This document shows, in pieces, positions 8,931 to 18,845 of a DNA stretch of 64,000 nt. The stretch lies in IMG/VR virus record IMGVR_UViG_3300045988_119411, one strand, 5' to 3'. Each line of letters opens with the position of its first letter. Position 1 is the stretch's first letter. Under the pieces are notes generated by a model that was given only the letters and a program-made list of their open reading frames with translations, had not been told where the DNA came from and did not search any database. The position numbers and the translations under genes were made by a program. This DNA is from a virus.

Positions 8931-9128
8931 ATGGCGCTACAAAACTATTATAATGCGCTTCTGGAAGAACGCTCAAGGTGGTCAGAGATATTTTATCAAA
9001 CGAGCGATTATAACTTAAAAATCCGCATTTCATGGATGATTCAAGGATTGGAATTTGCAATTTCAAATTTTCAAAAAGCATTTCCTGATATTGTCGAGTT
9101 GAATGAGAAGGATGGGAATAGAGAATGA
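8931..9128 (+). CDS. Hypothetical protein (AT-richer)
   Basis: Internal ATG chosen just past the upstream stop. Weak RBS. Confidence 0.35.
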   Translation: MALQNYYNALLEERSRWSEIFYQTSDYNLKIRISWMIQGLEFAISNFQKAFPDIVELNEKDGNRE

Positions 9129-9424
9129 AATGGATCAGCAATGCACCGGCGAGAAAGAATCCTGAAGAAGGAACGATTTATCGTTTGGATGCAACAATGG
9201 TTTCCATCCATCACTATGCTGGACTTGGAGAAAAGTGGTTTCTGACGTACAAACCATTGAACATTTCAATGCATGATCTTGGAACTGATGATTTTAGAGT
9301 GGCAAAAGAGAAATCGTATCTATATATCAAGAAGATATTTGAAGAGCAGCAGGAGGCAGTGACGCATGCAATGCAAATGCTCTCAACTTCCTTGGGGGAA
9401 AAGGATGATTTTTCTTGGTATTGA
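9125..9424 (+). CDS. Hypothetical protein (AT-richer)
   Basis: ATGA overlap with the upstream ORF. Confidence 0.45.
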   Translation: MKWISNAPARKNPEEGTIYRLDATMVSIHHYAGLGEKWFLTYKPLNISMHDLGTDDFRVAKEKSYLYIKKIFEEQQEAVTHAMQMLSTSLGEKDDFSWY

Positions 9425-9486
9425 AATTTCTGTTGCATTTTTATTGGAAGTGTGGTATAATCCGTTACAAAGAATAGTGTGACTTC

Positions 9487-9538
9487 ACGCCGTTTCGGTG
9501 TATCTATCAAAGATACCGGAACGGCGTTTTTCGTTTTT
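9487..9538 (+). terminator. Rho-independent terminator between the early region and the packaging module
   Basis: ACGCCGTTTCGGTGTATC / GATACCGGAACGGCGT stem followed by TTTTTCGTTTTT. Confidence 0.75.
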
Positions 9539-9551
9539 CAGGGAGGAAACG

Positions 9552-10514
9552 ATGGAAGACCAGACAAACGAACTTCAGCAGCAGGAATATTATGTCGAGC
9601 TTGCAAAGAAGACCTCAGAGAGTCTGGCCTATTTTTATTGCTGCGTGAAATACGATGTCCCGTTTGCGCGGGACTGCGTGCCGCGCGACGAGGGCCGGGA
9701 TAAATGGCTCTCTTACATTGACAATCTGCATATCAAAAAGCTGGACGTCAATAAGGCTGGGGAACCGTTTGGGTTTTTGGATGGACTGACCGACATCACA
9801 AAAATCTTCGGAGAAGGGCTGAAGGACGGAGAGTTTACCAAGGCCATCTATGCGGAGCAGAATGCAAGAACAGCGAGGTTTGGAACGCAGCGGCAGCGCA
9901 AGGACTGGGGCACAGGAAGCCCGGAGCGGCCGTTCACGAATGAGGATTTTGCGGAGTTCGACCGGATCTACGCAATTCTGGTCTCTGATTATGGCGGAGA
10001 AAGCGCATTGAGCGCAAAACAGCAGCTCATTTTGCGAAATGTGACGATCTGGATGAAGCAGATGAATGATGCATCGGCGGCCGGCAAGTTTGACATGGCA
10101 AAGAAGCTGTCCAGCCTGATTCAGGAAAACCTCGCAAGCGAAAATCTGCGGAAAAAGGACGTTCGGCCGGCAGACATTATCCGAGTCGATGAGATCACAG
10201 ACCGGCTCGAAAAGGCGGGGCTCCTCAAAAACGGAAAGCAGTGCAGCCCAGATGAGATGTTTGAATTTTTCTTTGGCCGTAAGCCGAGATACCAATACAC
10301 AGCGGATGCCGTAGACCAGATGATCCTCATCAACGAAAATCGGATGCGGCAAAATGATGGGATGCCGGAGTTGAGTACGCTTCCGGATGAAATGAGAATC
10401 CACGATGATTTGGGCGAATTTGCACAGGAGCCAAACGAGGCGGAGAAGGAGGCTTATGAGAAATTGGGCCTGATTCGTATGCCGCCGCTGAAGAATCGTA
10501 AGGACGGAAAATAA
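9552..10514 (+). CDS. Putative terminase small subunit (called from position only)
   Basis: ATG 9552 after GGGAGGA. Immediately upstream of the large terminase. No motif recognised. Confidence 0.35.
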   Translation: MEDQTNELQQQEYYVELAKKTSESLAYFYCCVKYDVPFARDCVPRDEGRDKWLSYIDNLHIKKLDVNKAGEPFGFLDGLTDITKIFGEGLKDGEFTKAIYAEQNARTARFGTQRQRKDWGTGSPERPFTNEDFAEFDRIYAILVSDYGGESALSAKQQLILRNVTIWMKQMNDASAAGKFDMAKKLSSLIQENLASENLRKKDVRPADIIRVDEITDRLEKAGLLKNGKQCSPDEMFEFFFGRKPRYQYTADAVDQMILINENRMRQNDGMPELSTLPDEMRIHDDLGEFAQEPNEAEKEAYEKLGLIRMPPLKNRKDGK

Positions 10515-10528
10515 GGCGGTGAATCTGG

Positions 10529-12379
10529 ATGGCGCGACGTGCTGGGAAGGCTTGGGCCCCCGGAGTTGGCTGGGTCAGCAAGCGCGAAGTTGAGCAGCGT
10601 GACTATTCTTCTTTTGAGTCGGAATGGTGGGCCTTCCTGATTTGGGTACTTCGCTGGTATCCGGACAAAGGGTGCGACTTGCTCCGAGATGAGTCTGCTG
10701 ACTATGCCAATGAGGAATTTATGCAGCGGCTTATGATGCGCTGCTATGCCAGATATGAAGATGTTGCGTTCACAGGAACGCGAGGAATTACAAAAACAAG
10801 TACAAAGTTCAAATATGAGCTGCTGAATGGGCTTGTGTGGCCGGGAACGCAGAGTGCATATTACGGTCCGTCGTATAAGCAGATGGCCGCGATCGGAAGC
10901 AAGCAGTTCAAACAGATTTCGCATGATTATCCTGCGATGACCAAGGGATGGAGAATCACGGCCGAGAGTAAGGATGACTTCAAAATCGAAACTGATCTTG
11001 GAAGTGCATTTTATATTTCGGCGTTCCGCGGCGATAACATCCATGCTGTGACAGCCGAAGAATTTGCACAGGAAGAGAATCCTGCTTTTGACTTTACGGA
11101 ATATTCGACAATCGTTCTGCCGGCCGTGCGTTTGCGGCACAATGTAAACGGAAAACCGGACGAGAACTTCGTCGCGTATAAAAACCACTCGATCACAAGC
11201 TCCGGGAGAAAACAGCATCCGTCGTTTCAGGTCCGATGCGATACGCTCAAAGAGATGAATCGCGGAGAGAGTGCCTTTGCTTATGATATGAGCTGGGAAT
11301 GCGTCGTGCTTCAGCAGATGCGGCCGTATTCATGGGCGATGAAACTAAAGGCAAAGCTGACACCAGAGCGGTGGATGCGGGAGATGGAGAGTCGATACAC
11401 CGGCGCGGACGAGAATCCGATCATCTCCGACGAAACGCTCTCAGAAAGCTGCTGTTTGATGACAATGGAGCGGCAGCACTGCTGCAAATATCCGGGATGC
11501 AAAGTTGATCCCAATGATGTGACCTACATCGTCTGCTACGACGTTTCTTATGAGGATAACAAACGAAACGCGAAATGCGCCGTTGGCGTTTGGAAGCTGA
11601 CGCGGCAGAGCGATTTTCTGAAGCGGGATAGATACCTAAAACAGCTGGTTTGGCTGGACGACTGGCCGCCGCCTGACAATGCGATGAAACAGGCTCGGAT
11701 GCTCAAGGATGTTTGGTATCGGTTCTGCTTTGACGGTGGAAACACGACTTATATTGCAATAGACGGATGGCAGTACGGCAAGGCGGTCATTGAAGATCTT
11801 ATGAAGGATCTTGGAGATGGGCTGCCTCCACTCTGCATCATGGACCACACAGAGTATATGGCCCTAGAATTGGACGGCGCGCTTCCAATCATCTATCCGA
11901 TCAAGGCCGGCGGCACAGGCGTCACAGACCCGGACGCAGAAATGATCCGCTATGCGCAGATCCAATTTGACAACCACAACGTTCAGCTGCTGACGATGAA
12001 TACCCGCGACGGCGTGGAAGCATATAAGCGGCTGCACAAGATCAAAGAGGACGATATGGATTATCGCATTGCGCGTCCGTATCAAAAGACGAGAGAGCTT
12101 TCGGCGCAGATCCAGAACCTGAAGGCCGTTCCGAGCGGCGCTGGGTTCAGCGAGAAGCGCATCTCAAGAGCAATCCAGCGAGACAGTTGGTCAGCCATCA
12201 AATATGGCCTGCGGCTGGCACAGAAGTTGGAAAAGCAGCTTGCAATCGAGTCTGCCAGAAAAAAGAGCGACTGGGACTCGATTCTGGCGAAATACAAAGG
12301 GAAGCCGTTGACCTCCAGTGCCGGAAGAAGCGCAGGAGGAAGAATTGCGGTGGGACGCCGGGGAGGGCGCTTATACTGA
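10529..12379 (+). CDS. terL: Terminase large subunit
   Basis: 616 aa. Walker-A-like GTRGITKT, acidic AEEFAQEE segment. Lies upstream of the portal gene. Confidence 0.7.
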   Translation: MARRAGKAWAPGVGWVSKREVEQRDYSSFESEWWAFLIWVLRWYPDKGCDLLRDESADYANEEFMQRLMMRCYARYEDVAFTGTRGITKTSTKFKYELLNGLVWPGTQSAYYGPSYKQMAAIGSKQFKQISHDYPAMTKGWRITAESKDDFKIETDLGSAFYISAFRGDNIHAVTAEEFAQEENPAFDFTEYSTIVLPAVRLRHNVNGKPDENFVAYKNHSITSSGRKQHPSFQVRCDTLKEMNRGESAFAYDMSWECVVLQQMRPYSWAMKLKAKLTPERWMREMESRYTGADENPIISDETLSESCCLMTMERQHCCKYPGCKVDPNDVTYIVCYDVSYEDNKRNAKCAVGVWKLTRQSDFLKRDRYLKQLVWLDDWPPPDNAMKQARMLKDVWYRFCFDGGNTTYIAIDGWQYGKAVIEDLMKDLGDGLPPLCIMDHTEYMALELDGALPIIYPIKAGGTGVTDPDAEMIRYAQIQFDNHNVQLLTMNTRDGVEAYKRLHKIKEDDMDYRIARPYQKTRELSAQIQNLKAVPSGAGFSEKRISRAIQRDSWSAIKYGLRLAQKLEKQLAIESARKKSDWDSILAKYKGKPLTSSAGRSAGGRIAVGRRGGRLY

Positions 12380-12777
12380 TGGAAGAGCAGAAGGAGACGG
12401 CCGTATATCGGCTTTATGCGTTGAACCTGACGCAGGAAAACATTGGGCTGGCGTTGGAACAACGATTCAGTCGAATCGCATCAGGTTATATTCTCATCTA
12501 TACGTCTGGAGAGGCACCGAAAAAGAGTGTTGAGATCAACGGCAAGGAGATTCGGCGGCTGACAAAGGCTGACGAAGAATGGATCATGGAATGTGCGGCG
12601 AATCTTCTGCGGGAGCGGATAAAGAAAGAGGAGCCGAAGACGATGGAACGTCTCAGCAGCATGGTAGATCAGCTTGCAGAAGCGTTGGACGCGGAACGTG
12701 TAAAGTTGACACAGGAGAAGAAGGGGGAAAAGACGGATGGCGATACCGACAGAGGAGCTGCGGAAGGCGCAGTATGA
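12379..12777 (+). CDS. Hypothetical protein
   Basis: TGATG stop/start overlap with terL. The track ORF 12187-12777 is 5'-extended. Confidence 0.5.
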   Translation: MEEQKETAVYRLYALNLTQENIGLALEQRFSRIASGYILIYTSGEAPKKSVEINGKEIRRLTKADEEWIMECAANLLRERIKKEEPKTMERLSSMVDQLAEALDAERVKLTQEKKGEKTDGDTDRGAAEGAV

Positions 12778-14488
12778 GTCTTTTCCGGAAATCTTCAAGC
12801 GATTCAGGACACTGGCACAGGAAAACGGCGGGATGCCGCTTGGCAGTCTCATTTCTGCATTTTCTGGGATCAACAGTGGACGCTATGGGCTGGCAAACCC
12901 ATACATTCAAAACCGCCGCGTAAAGAAAATTTCGTCACTCCCGGAGGATTACTCCAAGGATGATGTGGCGCAGATGCTCACCAAGCCGTATGAAAGCGAA
13001 ATGCAGCTCCGGCAAGTGGCGCACATTCTGGAATATACAGCATATCCGTTTTTCCACATTCGGAAAAGCTATCAAAATATGCTGACCTATCACAGCTACA
13101 TTGCGCCGAACCTCGTTTCTAAAGAGGATGCGGGGAAAGACGATTTCATGCGGGAGTGGACGTTGGCAGAAAAGCTGCGAACGGAGTTCCGACCGAAAGA
13201 GCTGGCGCATCAGATTGTCGGGCAGACCGGCGCAGAGGGAAAGGTCTTCTACTACCCTCGATACAGCGTGGACAAGAGCCACAACAAGGTCAATTACGCA
13301 TTTGCCCAGCAGCTCCCGAGCGATTGGGTGAAGATTACGGGATTCAACAACGTCTCGAAGTACACCATCGCATTCAATATGATGTACTTCCTCCAGCCGG
13401 GATGCGTTCCGGAACAGTTTGGAGATCTCTTCCGACCGTATCTGTACGATTTTGCACAGGTGGTCGGGAAACCGAAAGGAACCGGTTCATCGGTGGTATT
13501 TGCGAGACGGCTCGTCGATATGGAGCGGTTCAACCTGATCCAATCGAATGGGCCGATGGCAGGAACACCGGATGTCTATTATCAGAATGGGCGCTGGTAT
13601 TACTGGGTCTATCTTCCGCCCGAGGAAGTATTTCCGTTTGAAGCGGATGACGTGAGCCGCGCGGTGATCTCTCCGTTCTCCGGTTTGTTTTTGAGTATGA
13701 TTCAGCTGGCGCAGATGGAACAGATCCAGTTGGAGCTGATCCAGAATCCGCTCGTAAGCCTGCTGCATGGCGAGATCCCGTACAGGGATGATGAAAACGC
13801 ATCCTCAGACGACCAATACCGGCTGAGCAATGCAGGAATCCTGCTGTTTCAGGCAATGTGGTATGACATGATGCGGGAGAACAACACATCCGGAATTGGT
13901 CTCTATATGGCGCCACTGGAGAACATGAAGCTCGAAAGCCTGTCTGAGGCGCCAAGCGCGATGGACATTGTGAAGCAGGGCTACAGCGATACGATCAATC
14001 AGGCCGGCCTCGGTGCGATCATGCCGATCGACTCTGACGCGAAGGCGGCTACCGCACAAATCTCCTTGCAGATCGAAAGTAAGTTCATGCAGACAGTCTA
14101 TCGGGATTTCGAACGGATGATGAACACCATTCTGAGGCGGCTGAACCTCAAATATGAGTGGAAATTCGTGATGTTTGGTGACATTGCCGAGGATGAAAAG
14201 ATGCTCGACCGGTGTATGAAGGGCATGGAGCACGGAATTTTGCCGGATGCGATCCTCTATAATGCGTTGTTGGACCGGTCGATTCTGGATGATATTTCGC
14301 TCTCGGAAGTGGTTTACAAGAGCGGAATTTTGGACAGGCGCATCCCTCTGGTGACGAGCTACAACATGAAACAGGAATCCTCTGGACTTCCGCCGCAGAA
14401 CACGGGGAGACCGAAGGGAGACGGAAACGTCACCACAGATGGCACAGAGGCGATGGTTGACACTTACGGGGACACGAACCCGGTCTGA
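12737..14488 (+). CDS. Portal protein (putative)
   Basis: 583 aa, downstream of the terminase. Size and position fit. Confidence 0.6.
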   Translation: MAIPTEELRKAQYESFPEIFKRFRTLAQENGGMPLGSLISAFSGINSGRYGLANPYIQNRRVKKISSLPEDYSKDDVAQMLTKPYESEMQLRQVAHILEYTAYPFFHIRKSYQNMLTYHSYIAPNLVSKEDAGKDDFMREWTLAEKLRTEFRPKELAHQIVGQTGAEGKVFYYPRYSVDKSHNKVNYAFAQQLPSDWVKITGFNNVSKYTIAFNMMYFLQPGCVPEQFGDLFRPYLYDFAQVVGKPKGTGSSVVFARRLVDMERFNLIQSNGPMAGTPDVYYQNGRWYYWVYLPPEEVFPFEADDVSRAVISPFSGLFLSMIQLAQMEQIQLELIQNPLVSLLHGEIPYRDDENASSDDQYRLSNAGILLFQAMWYDMMRENNTSGIGLYMAPLENMKLESLSEAPSAMDIVKQGYSDTINQAGLGAIMPIDSDAKAATAQISLQIESKFMQTVYRDFERMMNTILRRLNLKYEWKFVMFGDIAEDEKMLDRCMKGMEHGILPDAILYNALLDRSILDDISLSEVVYKSGILDRRIPLVTSYNMKQESSGLPPQNTGRPKGDGNVTTDGTEAMVDTYGDTNPV

Positions 14489-14505
14489 CGGATGGAGAAC
14501 GTGAA

Positions 14506-14658
14506 ATGACAGAGTTTGTAAAAGCGGATGATCTGAGGGTCATCAATAAGGCGCTCAGTGAGGAAAAGGACGTGCGAATCCAGCGGACGCGGGACGGATA
14601 CCGCATCGTGGAGGACACGGTTCGGGTGCTGAAAAAGAGCGCGATTCTTGAAAAATGA
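14506..14658 (+). CDS. Small ORF (50 aa)
   Basis: MTEFVKADDLRVINKALSEEKDVRIQRTRDGYRIVEDTVRVLKKSAILEK. Below the track cutoff. Confidence 0.4.
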   Translation: MTEFVKADDLRVINKALSEEKDVRIQRTRDGYRIVEDTVRVLKKSAILEK

Positions 14659-14732
14659 CTCCTACCAAGCCGAAGGCTTGCGCTGGATGCGCGGGGTATT
14701 GAAGTAGGCGCGGCGGGAGAATATAGAAAATC

Positions 14733-14812
14733 TTGCGGCGAAAGGGCGCTGCAAAAGGGCTGAAGAGAGCCAACTGACTACGATTTATAGTCGGTTGGCT
14801 CTTTTTTGTTTT
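14733..14812 (+). terminator. Two-hairpin terminator-like module, copy 1 of 3
   Basis: TTGCGGCG-AAAGG-GCGCTGCAA, linker AAGGGCTGAAGAG, GAGCCAACTGACTA/TAGTCGGTTGGCTC, then TTTTTTGTTTT. Confidence 0.7.
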
Positions 14813-14828
14813 GAAAGGAGATGCGGCC

Positions 14829-15362
14829 ATGGCACGGCTGAGAGATCGAATGAACTTTGAAAACGGCGCACTGGCTGCGGTGCGCGACGCGGCGCGGGAC
14901 GCGACCGGCGCCTATCAGGATGCGGCACGTGGGCTGGATACGCTGAAAGAGCGTGTCTTGATCGAATTTGGGATGCCCAAGACGGCGGAAGTGATCCACC
15001 GACTGGCACATGAGCAGCCGAAACGGTTCGACACCGTTGGAGACATTCTGCATCAGCGGCATATCCTGCAGATCTACCCGGAGACTGCGGAATATGAAGG
15101 ACGGCCGGATGATCTGGACGGCGTATTTGAAGCGATCATCGATTTGCTTCAGCGCATTGAAGATAAGCTCCGCATCTGCGTCCGTGTATGCGATGAAAAC
15201 GGCCTTTTCCCATTGGGACGGCAGTTTGAAACCCTCCAGATGGAGAACAGCGAGAGCTACCAAAAATTCCTCTACGCATGGCAGATGAGTTCGGAGCACG
15301 AGATGAGCGCAACGAGCTTTGAGGGATGGATCGAAGAACTCTTTGAAGAGGACGGTGATTGA
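14829..15362 (+). CDS. Hypothetical head-module protein
   Basis: ATG 14829 after AAAGGAG. Confidence 0.55.
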   Translation: MARLRDRMNFENGALAAVRDAARDATGAYQDAARGLDTLKERVLIEFGMPKTAEVIHRLAHEQPKRFDTVGDILHQRHILQIYPETAEYEGRPDDLDGVFEAIIDLLQRIEDKLRICVRVCDENGLFPLGRQFETLQMENSESYQKFLYAWQMSSEHEMSATSFEGWIEELFEEDGD

Positions 15363-15363
15363 G

Positions 15364-16767
15364 ATGCCGGTGAAAGGAAGGACGCGGAGCCTCGGAACAG
15401 GGCAACTGCGTGTGCTTCAAAAGCTGAACCCCTATGAGTTTGGCGTGGAGCTCTGGCTGATGCGGGATGGACCGAACGATAACCACTGGAACTATCAAAA
15501 CCTCGAAAAATACTACCTGACGTTTGTTGGCCGGCCGATCCTGATCGCATACGTGATGGGAAAAATCGGCGATGGGCACAACTCCAGAGTAAAAATCGAT
15601 TTCAGGACTGGAGAAGAGTATCAGTCCTATACCGATGGGACAGCGGAGCGCATTGTCGGTACGCTGTCGGATGACAAAAATGACTTTTCCCTCCGGGAGA
15701 GGGATGGCCATACATGGATCGTGGCGAAAGGAAAGCTTTTTGCGTTCTACGCCAAGGAGACTGTGGATGAGATCGTGCGAACAGGGCGCATGGACGTATC
15801 CGTGGAAACCATGACGGACGAGGAACACCAAGACGGAGAAATTACCGTTTTTGACGTCTGGGAGGGCCTCGGCGTGACGATCCTTGGGGCGGGCGTTGCT
15901 CCGGCAATTCCGGGGGCCAACATCGCTCGACTTGCCGCGATGAACGATGAGTTTAAGGCATTGAAGCTCAGAGCGGCATCTTTGCAGAAGGCCCCGGACA
16001 GCAACGACCCCAATTTTGGGAAGAAAACTCAAAAAGGAGTGAGAAATTTGGACATCTTCAACAAGAGACAGCTGGCAACGCTGAGCGCTCGTTTTGAGGG
16101 TTATACGGTTCTCTCCGCCGCGAAGAACAAGGATGGCAAGATCTTTGTCTGCCTGATGGCGAAGGACGGCGGCTTCAAGTCCTACGTGATGGAAAACGAA
16201 GCCGAAACGATTGCCCCGGAACGGCTCCAGAGCATGACGGTAAATGCCGCGATGAAGTTTGGAGACGAAGAGTGCGCAGAAATGGACGTTCAGGACTTCA
16301 TGGAGTGCGTAAACGGCGAAACGAGAACGCGCATGACGGAAGCGGAAGACAAAGTCGCTACGCTGGAATCGAAGCTCGAACAGGCGAACAATCAGCTCAA
16401 TGCAATGCAGGAGTTTGAGAACAAGCGTCGGCTGAACGCCGCGAAGGCGAAGGCCACTGAGGTTCTGGCTCGATTCAATGCGAGCCGCGCGGAAAAGGTT
16501 GCGGAGTCGGCCATTTCGGCAATCCTCGGTGACATTGATGGCGGCCTTTATACCAACAGCGTGGACAAGGACGGCAACTGGATCGGCGAGAAGCAGGTTT
16601 CGGATGCGGTTTACGCAGTCTGCGGCAAGGCCGTTGAGGAAATGGACGCTGCGGCCGCACAGAAGAACCGGAAGGTCTTCTCGTGGGACAAGTTCCAGAC
16701 GAACGAAAAGCACGACGACGGCTCCGTGTCCGGTCTGCTTGCAAGCTGGGGCATTGACGCTCAGTAA
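15364..16767 (+). CDS. Putative prohead protease / scaffold fusion
   Basis: The N-terminal half resembles HK97-type prohead proteases (GDGHNS..., GRMDVSVE). The C-terminal half is coiled-coil (ATLESKLEQANNQLNAMQEFENKRR). Lies upstream of the capsid gene. Confidence 0.45.
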   Translation: MPVKGRTRSLGTGQLRVLQKLNPYEFGVELWLMRDGPNDNHWNYQNLEKYYLTFVGRPILIAYVMGKIGDGHNSRVKIDFRTGEEYQSYTDGTAERIVGTLSDDKNDFSLRERDGHTWIVAKGKLFAFYAKETVDEIVRTGRMDVSVETMTDEEHQDGEITVFDVWEGLGVTILGAGVAPAIPGANIARLAAMNDEFKALKLRAASLQKAPDSNDPNFGKKTQKGVRNLDIFNKRQLATLSARFEGYTVLSAAKNKDGKIFVCLMAKDGGFKSYVMENEAETIAPERLQSMTVNAAMKFGDEECAEMDVQDFMECVNGETRTRMTEAEDKVATLESKLEQANNQLNAMQEFENKRRLNAAKAKATEVLARFNASRAEKVAESAISAILGDIDGGLYTNSVDKDGNWIGEKQVSDAVYAVCGKAVEEMDAAAAQKNRKVFSWDKFQTNEKHDDGSVSGLLASWGIDAQ

Positions 16768-16787
16768 GAAAAGGAGAGTGAAACAAG

Positions 16788-17390
16788 ATGTTTATCGAAA
16801 AAACCGCGTTTGAACCGCGGATCACGAACAACAGAAACGACGATCTCTGCAACATCACCGGACGGTATCAGGAGAGCGGCGCGGATGCGGACTGCTCGGC
16901 CGGTATCCTCTGCGTGCGCGGAGAGAATTTGCCGTGCGCGGGATTTCCCAATGTGAAGAACGAAAATGCGTTCTACATGGAAGCTGCTGGCGCGAACGCC
17001 AATGCGGCGACTGGGATCTACGCCTGCAACACCTATGAGACGCAGATGCTCGCAGGCCGGCACGGCAACGCCTACTACATCGGAACGGAAACCCTCGGCC
17101 TCGGCATTCCGGCTGGCCGTGACGGCACGTTCACCGAGATCGTTTTCAACGGCAAAACGACTTACCGTTTCGGTATCGGCAACCTGTCTGCAGAGCTTGG
17201 CAGCAACAAGTTCTTCACGATCGCAAACGGCATGCTGGTCCCCGCGGCTGCGGCCCCGACCGGCAACGGCGCGATCTATTTTGAGCTGAAAGACCCCGGC
17301 ACCGGAAACTTCACCGAGGGTACGACCAGCAGCTTCGAATACATTGATGTATTCGCAAAAACGGTCGTCTCCGCCGTGGCGGCCGGCTAA
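16788..17390 (+). CDS. Hypothetical head protein (decoration-like by position)
   Basis: 200 aa between the scaffold and capsid genes. Confidence 0.4.
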   Translation: MFIEKTAFEPRITNNRNDDLCNITGRYQESGADADCSAGILCVRGENLPCAGFPNVKNENAFYMEAAGANANAATGIYACNTYETQMLAGRHGNAYYIGTETLGLGIPAGRDGTFTEIVFNGKTTYRFGIGNLSAELGSNKFFTIANGMLVPAAAAPTGNGAIYFELKDPGTGNFTEGTTSSFEYIDVFAKTVVSAVAAG

Positions 17391-17410
17391 TCAGGAAGGA
17401 GTGAATTGAA

Positions 17411-18649
17411 ATGTCGAAACTTTCTTTGAACAGCGTTTCTCCGTCCGTGTTTCAGGTGAACGCTGAGAGCGGCAGCGGCATCGCCAGACAGCGAGCAGAC
17501 GTCGTTGCAAAGGGCCGGATGCTCTTCTTCGAGCACTCTGCCAAGGGCAAGAACGCCATGAACGCGGCCAGAGGCAGTACCGAGCGCGTGGCGAGCCTGA
17601 TGAACGCCAACGCCTACAAGCAGCTCAACGAGCAGTTCCAGGCGGAACATCTGCTGTTTGCGGCGAAGGTCTGCTGCGCGCAGAACGGCGCTGTGGCTCC
17701 TGACAACTTTGCCGATTTCCGCCGTCAGGGCCGGAACTTCTACAACAACAAGCAGTTCTACGCCGTGCTTCAGGGCATTTATCAGGAAATCGTGACGCCG
17801 ATCATCCCGGCAACCTATTCTGAGGCCGTGGACATGTTTGCAGACACCGTGGAAGTTGGATTCGGCACGACCGAGACCATTTCCATCAGTTCCAACGACA
17901 TTCCTATCTTCCAGGATTCCTCTTGGGGTGCAAGCCGCAGTGTGCCGCGAAACCGGTTCTATTCCAAGGACTACACGCTGAATCCGCAGCCGAAGACCGC
18001 ACAGATCAATGCGAAGTGGCATCAGCTGGTTGGCAACAATCAGGACTTCGGCGCCTTCTTTGCCAACATCGTGGCTGGCATGTATGCCAAGACCATGGGC
18101 ATGTGGAATGAGGCGATGACCATTGCGGCGGCTGACACCAGTCTCGTCCCCACGGATCTGAACTATGTTTTCAATAGCCAGAACTGGATGAAGGCCGCAA
18201 ACAAGCTGTCTGCGCTGAACAACATCGGCATCAACGGCCTGTTTTCGACCGGCAGCATGGTTCCGCTGTCGAAGGTGCTGCCGACCGAGGCAACCGGCAC
18301 CACCAACGTCAACATGGATGCTGCGCTGGCGACGCTGCTCGGCGACCGCTACAACCGCGCGGGCTATCTCGGTGAGTTTATGAGCGTGCCGCTGCTGCCG
18401 CTCCGCGATGCAATCGTCCCCGGTACGCAGAACACCAATCCGCAGACGATCCTCGGCGAAAACGACATTTGGATGATGGCATCCAACCGCCGGAAGCCGA
18501 TGACCATTGCGTACACCGCTGAGACCCCGATCTCCATTGAGATCGATCCCGTTCGGGATTCCGCGGACTTTGAAATGGCCCTCAACCTGACCATTGCAAT
18601 CGACGCTGTGGCGACTTTTGCCAGCAAGATCGCGCACTTCACAATCTAA
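17411..18649 (+). CDS. Major capsid protein (putative)
   Basis: 412 aa in the right position. Strong RBS (GGAAGGAG). Stable hairpins follow. Confidence 0.6.
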   Translation: MSKLSLNSVSPSVFQVNAESGSGIARQRADVVAKGRMLFFEHSAKGKNAMNAARGSTERVASLMNANAYKQLNEQFQAEHLLFAAKVCCAQNGAVAPDNFADFRRQGRNFYNNKQFYAVLQGIYQEIVTPIIPATYSEAVDMFADTVEVGFGTTETISISSNDIPIFQDSSWGASRSVPRNRFYSKDYTLNPQPKTAQINAKWHQLVGNNQDFGAFFANIVAGMYAKTMGMWNEAMTIAAADTSLVPTDLNYVFNSQNWMKAANKLSALNNIGINGLFSTGSMVPLSKVLPTEATGTTNVNMDAALATLLGDRYNRAGYLGEFMSVPLLPLRDAIVPGTQNTNPQTILGENDIWMMASNRRKPMTIAYTAETPISIEIDPVRDSADFEMALNLTIAIDAVATFASKIAHFTI

Positions 18650-18661
18650 GGATGGGACACG

Positions 18662-18729
18662 CTGCGTGAAACTCACGCAGATGTTATAGGCGTGCTCCGT
18701 GGGGAGGGTTTACCTCCGGCCCTCCCCAC
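18662..18729 (+). other. Two stable stem-loops downstream of the capsid gene, no T tract
   Basis: CTGCGTGA-AAC-TCACGCAG (18662-18680) and GTGGGGAGGG...CCCTCCCCAC (18699-18729). Confidence 0.4.
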
Positions 18730-18845
18730 ACTTACCTATATTGTAATGTATAAACGGCTCCGCAAGCGCGAGATGCCGGTGCAAGTCCGGCAGGAGCAGA
18801 CACGAGAAGGAACAAGGCATCTAAAACCGAAAGGAGATCATAAAA

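Noticed and set aside
13156-13641. A 161-aa alternative-frame plus-strand ORF inside the portal gene, and similar ones inside other long genes
   Set aside because: It is Arg/Gly-rich out-of-frame translation of a well-supported gene, with no independent start signals.
15136-18676. Minus-strand ORFs of 525 aa (15136-16713) and 429 aa (17387-18676)
   Set aside because: They are antisense to the protease-scaffold and capsid genes. Composition is Arg/His/Leu-rich, there are no motifs, and no operon logic places them in a uniformly rightward late operon.
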